Below are positions 61,901 to 64,000 of a stretch of 64,000 nucleotides of DNA, piece by piece. The DNA comes from Lytechinus pictus (taxonomy: Eukaryota). The DNA lies in NCBI RefSeq assembly GCF_037042905.1, contig NC_087247.1, positions 39,184,001 to 39,248,000 on the forward strand, in the 5' to 3' direction. How positions within the stretch are numbered: position 1 is the stretch's first letter; the number at the start of each line of letters is the position of its first letter. A program made the position numbers and the translations under genes. Below the pieces are notes generated by a model. That model made no database searches and was not told the origin of the DNA. It saw nothing but the letters and a program-made list of their open reading frames with translations.

Positions 61901-64000
61901 ACTAAAAGGAGTCGTTATTCAACCATTTAAAAGCTCGATGCGACACCTCATGTCGATATGGATTGATTTATACTTTGACATCTATGCGACCAAGATACCA
62001 AGGTACATAACACCCAATATTCAATTAAGTTAATTCCCATTTATGTGAACATAATTATCTACCTTTTCTATTTCAATAATAAAAAAAAGAATTAATAATT
62101 GCATACAGCATAACGACCGATAGTTTCATCAATGAAAAAATATCTGAATATCAATTCAGTATAAGCTTTTTATCTAATTATCCAAACTATTATTATTTCA
62201 TCTAGTGTATTAATTTTTTTATATCATATCATTTATCGTTATCTAATAATGGGGTATTAGAAGGCGTGATAACTGAAGAAAATAAATTAATTGTTTTACA
62301 TAGTCTGAACTTTGAATTGACAATTCTTGCATTTGAACTTTGCACGTATTGCAGAAAAATACAAATACAACCACGAAACAAAATATCCTCGTAACTTCAA
62401 GTTTTCACAGTCTAGTATATGAAAGAAAGACAAGCTAAAAAAAACCACACGTTTTCTCCGGTCGAAAGGGGCGGTATTTCCACATTAATTTCACCCATCA
62501 AAATTTCGTACAAATACCCCTGACAGGTCATGGTCTAAATCATTTTACGTTGCAGTCCGGGTAAACCATTCGCAAAAGCGCTAATCCAGCTCCAGTTCTG
62601 TGATAATTGCAGACAAAGCCCATCGTTTTATATTGCATATGTCTGGAGTTTGAGAATAGCCCAGAGCACTTTGGTCAGTATAGATTAGTGTCAGTGGATG
62701 GAGGCCCCCATCACCTAGCCGTTAAATCATGTATAGAGCCTGAAGGGATTGTATAATCTTACTGAGATGTAGACACATCACATAAGGTAATGGCCGTCAG
62801 ATTAAGGGATGGTGATAGGAGTGAAGTCGATAGGCAGAGAATTAAATATAATGCTTGTATACAAACATGACCTCTTTGTTTGTTTTTTGTTTTTATGAAC
62901 TACGACGGAAAAAAAGGTTCTGTTATGAAACACATCCTGTTTTTGACGAACACTTCACCAATTTTTTTTTTTTGTATTCTACGAAGAACCTAAAAGGGAA
63001 ATTGGTTTAATTTTCGAAAGATAAATGATAGTCGCACATCGTGCTATAGGAATCGCACCTTTCAACATTTCCCTCTTGAGATACTGCGGAGCACAAAGGG
63101 TCTACACGACTCATTTTGTTCGCAAGTTTGCGCGGGAAACGACATCTATTCCCATGAGAGATGGTGCATAAAGAAATCTTGCGGTAGAACAACAAAAGAG
63201 GAGTAACTTATCCTCCATGGGGAGACAGTGTTCGCGTCGTCTGCTCAAACAAGCGAGGCGTGACATAAACTGTGACACCAAAACCCCGCCAAATTCACGA
63301 CGTTGAACGTGCAGGTGTCGGTTTACTCGTCGTTCTCCCCTAAAGGGCAGTGCTGGGATAATCGCAACCCTTGATTAAAGAGCTACAAAATGGTAATTGC
63401 GTGTATGCAAGGTTCTGTGACGCATGCAATAAAAAGTAACTATATCCAGGAACAACATTTGCGGCTCTGTTAGTCGTCCTCGAATCTAAATATCCTCCAC
63501 CCCTATTTAAAATCCTCGCTCTCTTCCTCCCAACCCCTCCTTTATCTTATCAAACACGCATAATACAAAACTTTTAAACTTTTAAAATCTCATGACCATA
63601 TGAAATATTGGAAACTTGCAATTGTTCCCTAATTGATGCTTCATTCAGAAGATAGACACGACCCCCCCCCCATTGAAATAAAATGAATAGATAAATAGAT
63701 AAAAATAAGAGGAGAAATCAACACATATAGTAAAGTATAGTTCATGTTTTATTCGCACTTTTCTTTAATAGTGTCTCGTGCAAAAAGGGTAGTAAATATA
63801 GTGCCCGGTTTCCATCTACCATTTTTTTATCATTATTATTTACTTTTCTCCGTCTTTACCTTTCTGCTTCTAATTAATTGGTGAAGACGCCGCCCAAATT
63901 ACAGATTGATATCAACACCTATTCAATCATAACATGGACGAGGCACATGTCAAGCATTGTCTACATCTTTAATACCCCCTTTACACCAACGCTTCGTCCA

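Overview
Eukaryotic, AT-rich, repeat-dense DNA from a marine invertebrate. The repeat families and gene content suggest a sea urchin or other echinoderm (inference). Host content is a cluster of four Golgi carbohydrate sulfotransferases (Sulfotransfer_2, CHST8-14/HNK-1ST type), three on + and one on -. Each can be assembled by eye into the same 3-coding-exon model: signal-anchor exon, phase-1 intron, short stem exon, phase-0 intron, large catalytic exon. All four carry Q-x-x-x-N where vertebrate family members, as I recall them, have a conserved His. The most unusual structure is a 2904-bp palindromic Tc1-type element (16803-19706). It has two ~99.4%-identical 1291-bp inverted arms, each with a full-length 342-aa DD34E transposase ORF pointing outward from a 322-bp tandem-duplicated spacer. 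Both termini are 3' ends, there are no inner TIRs, and it has TA target duplications. It splits a Rex/Babar-type LINE whose reading frame rejoins across the empty site. The remainder is nested non-autonomous DNA elements, Helentron-associated (HINE-like) elements, tRNA-derived SINEs, an L2/CR1 relic, a 26-bp minisatellite, a 53-bp satellite with a 183-bp higher-order repeat, and two assembly gaps. All alignments were done by eye.
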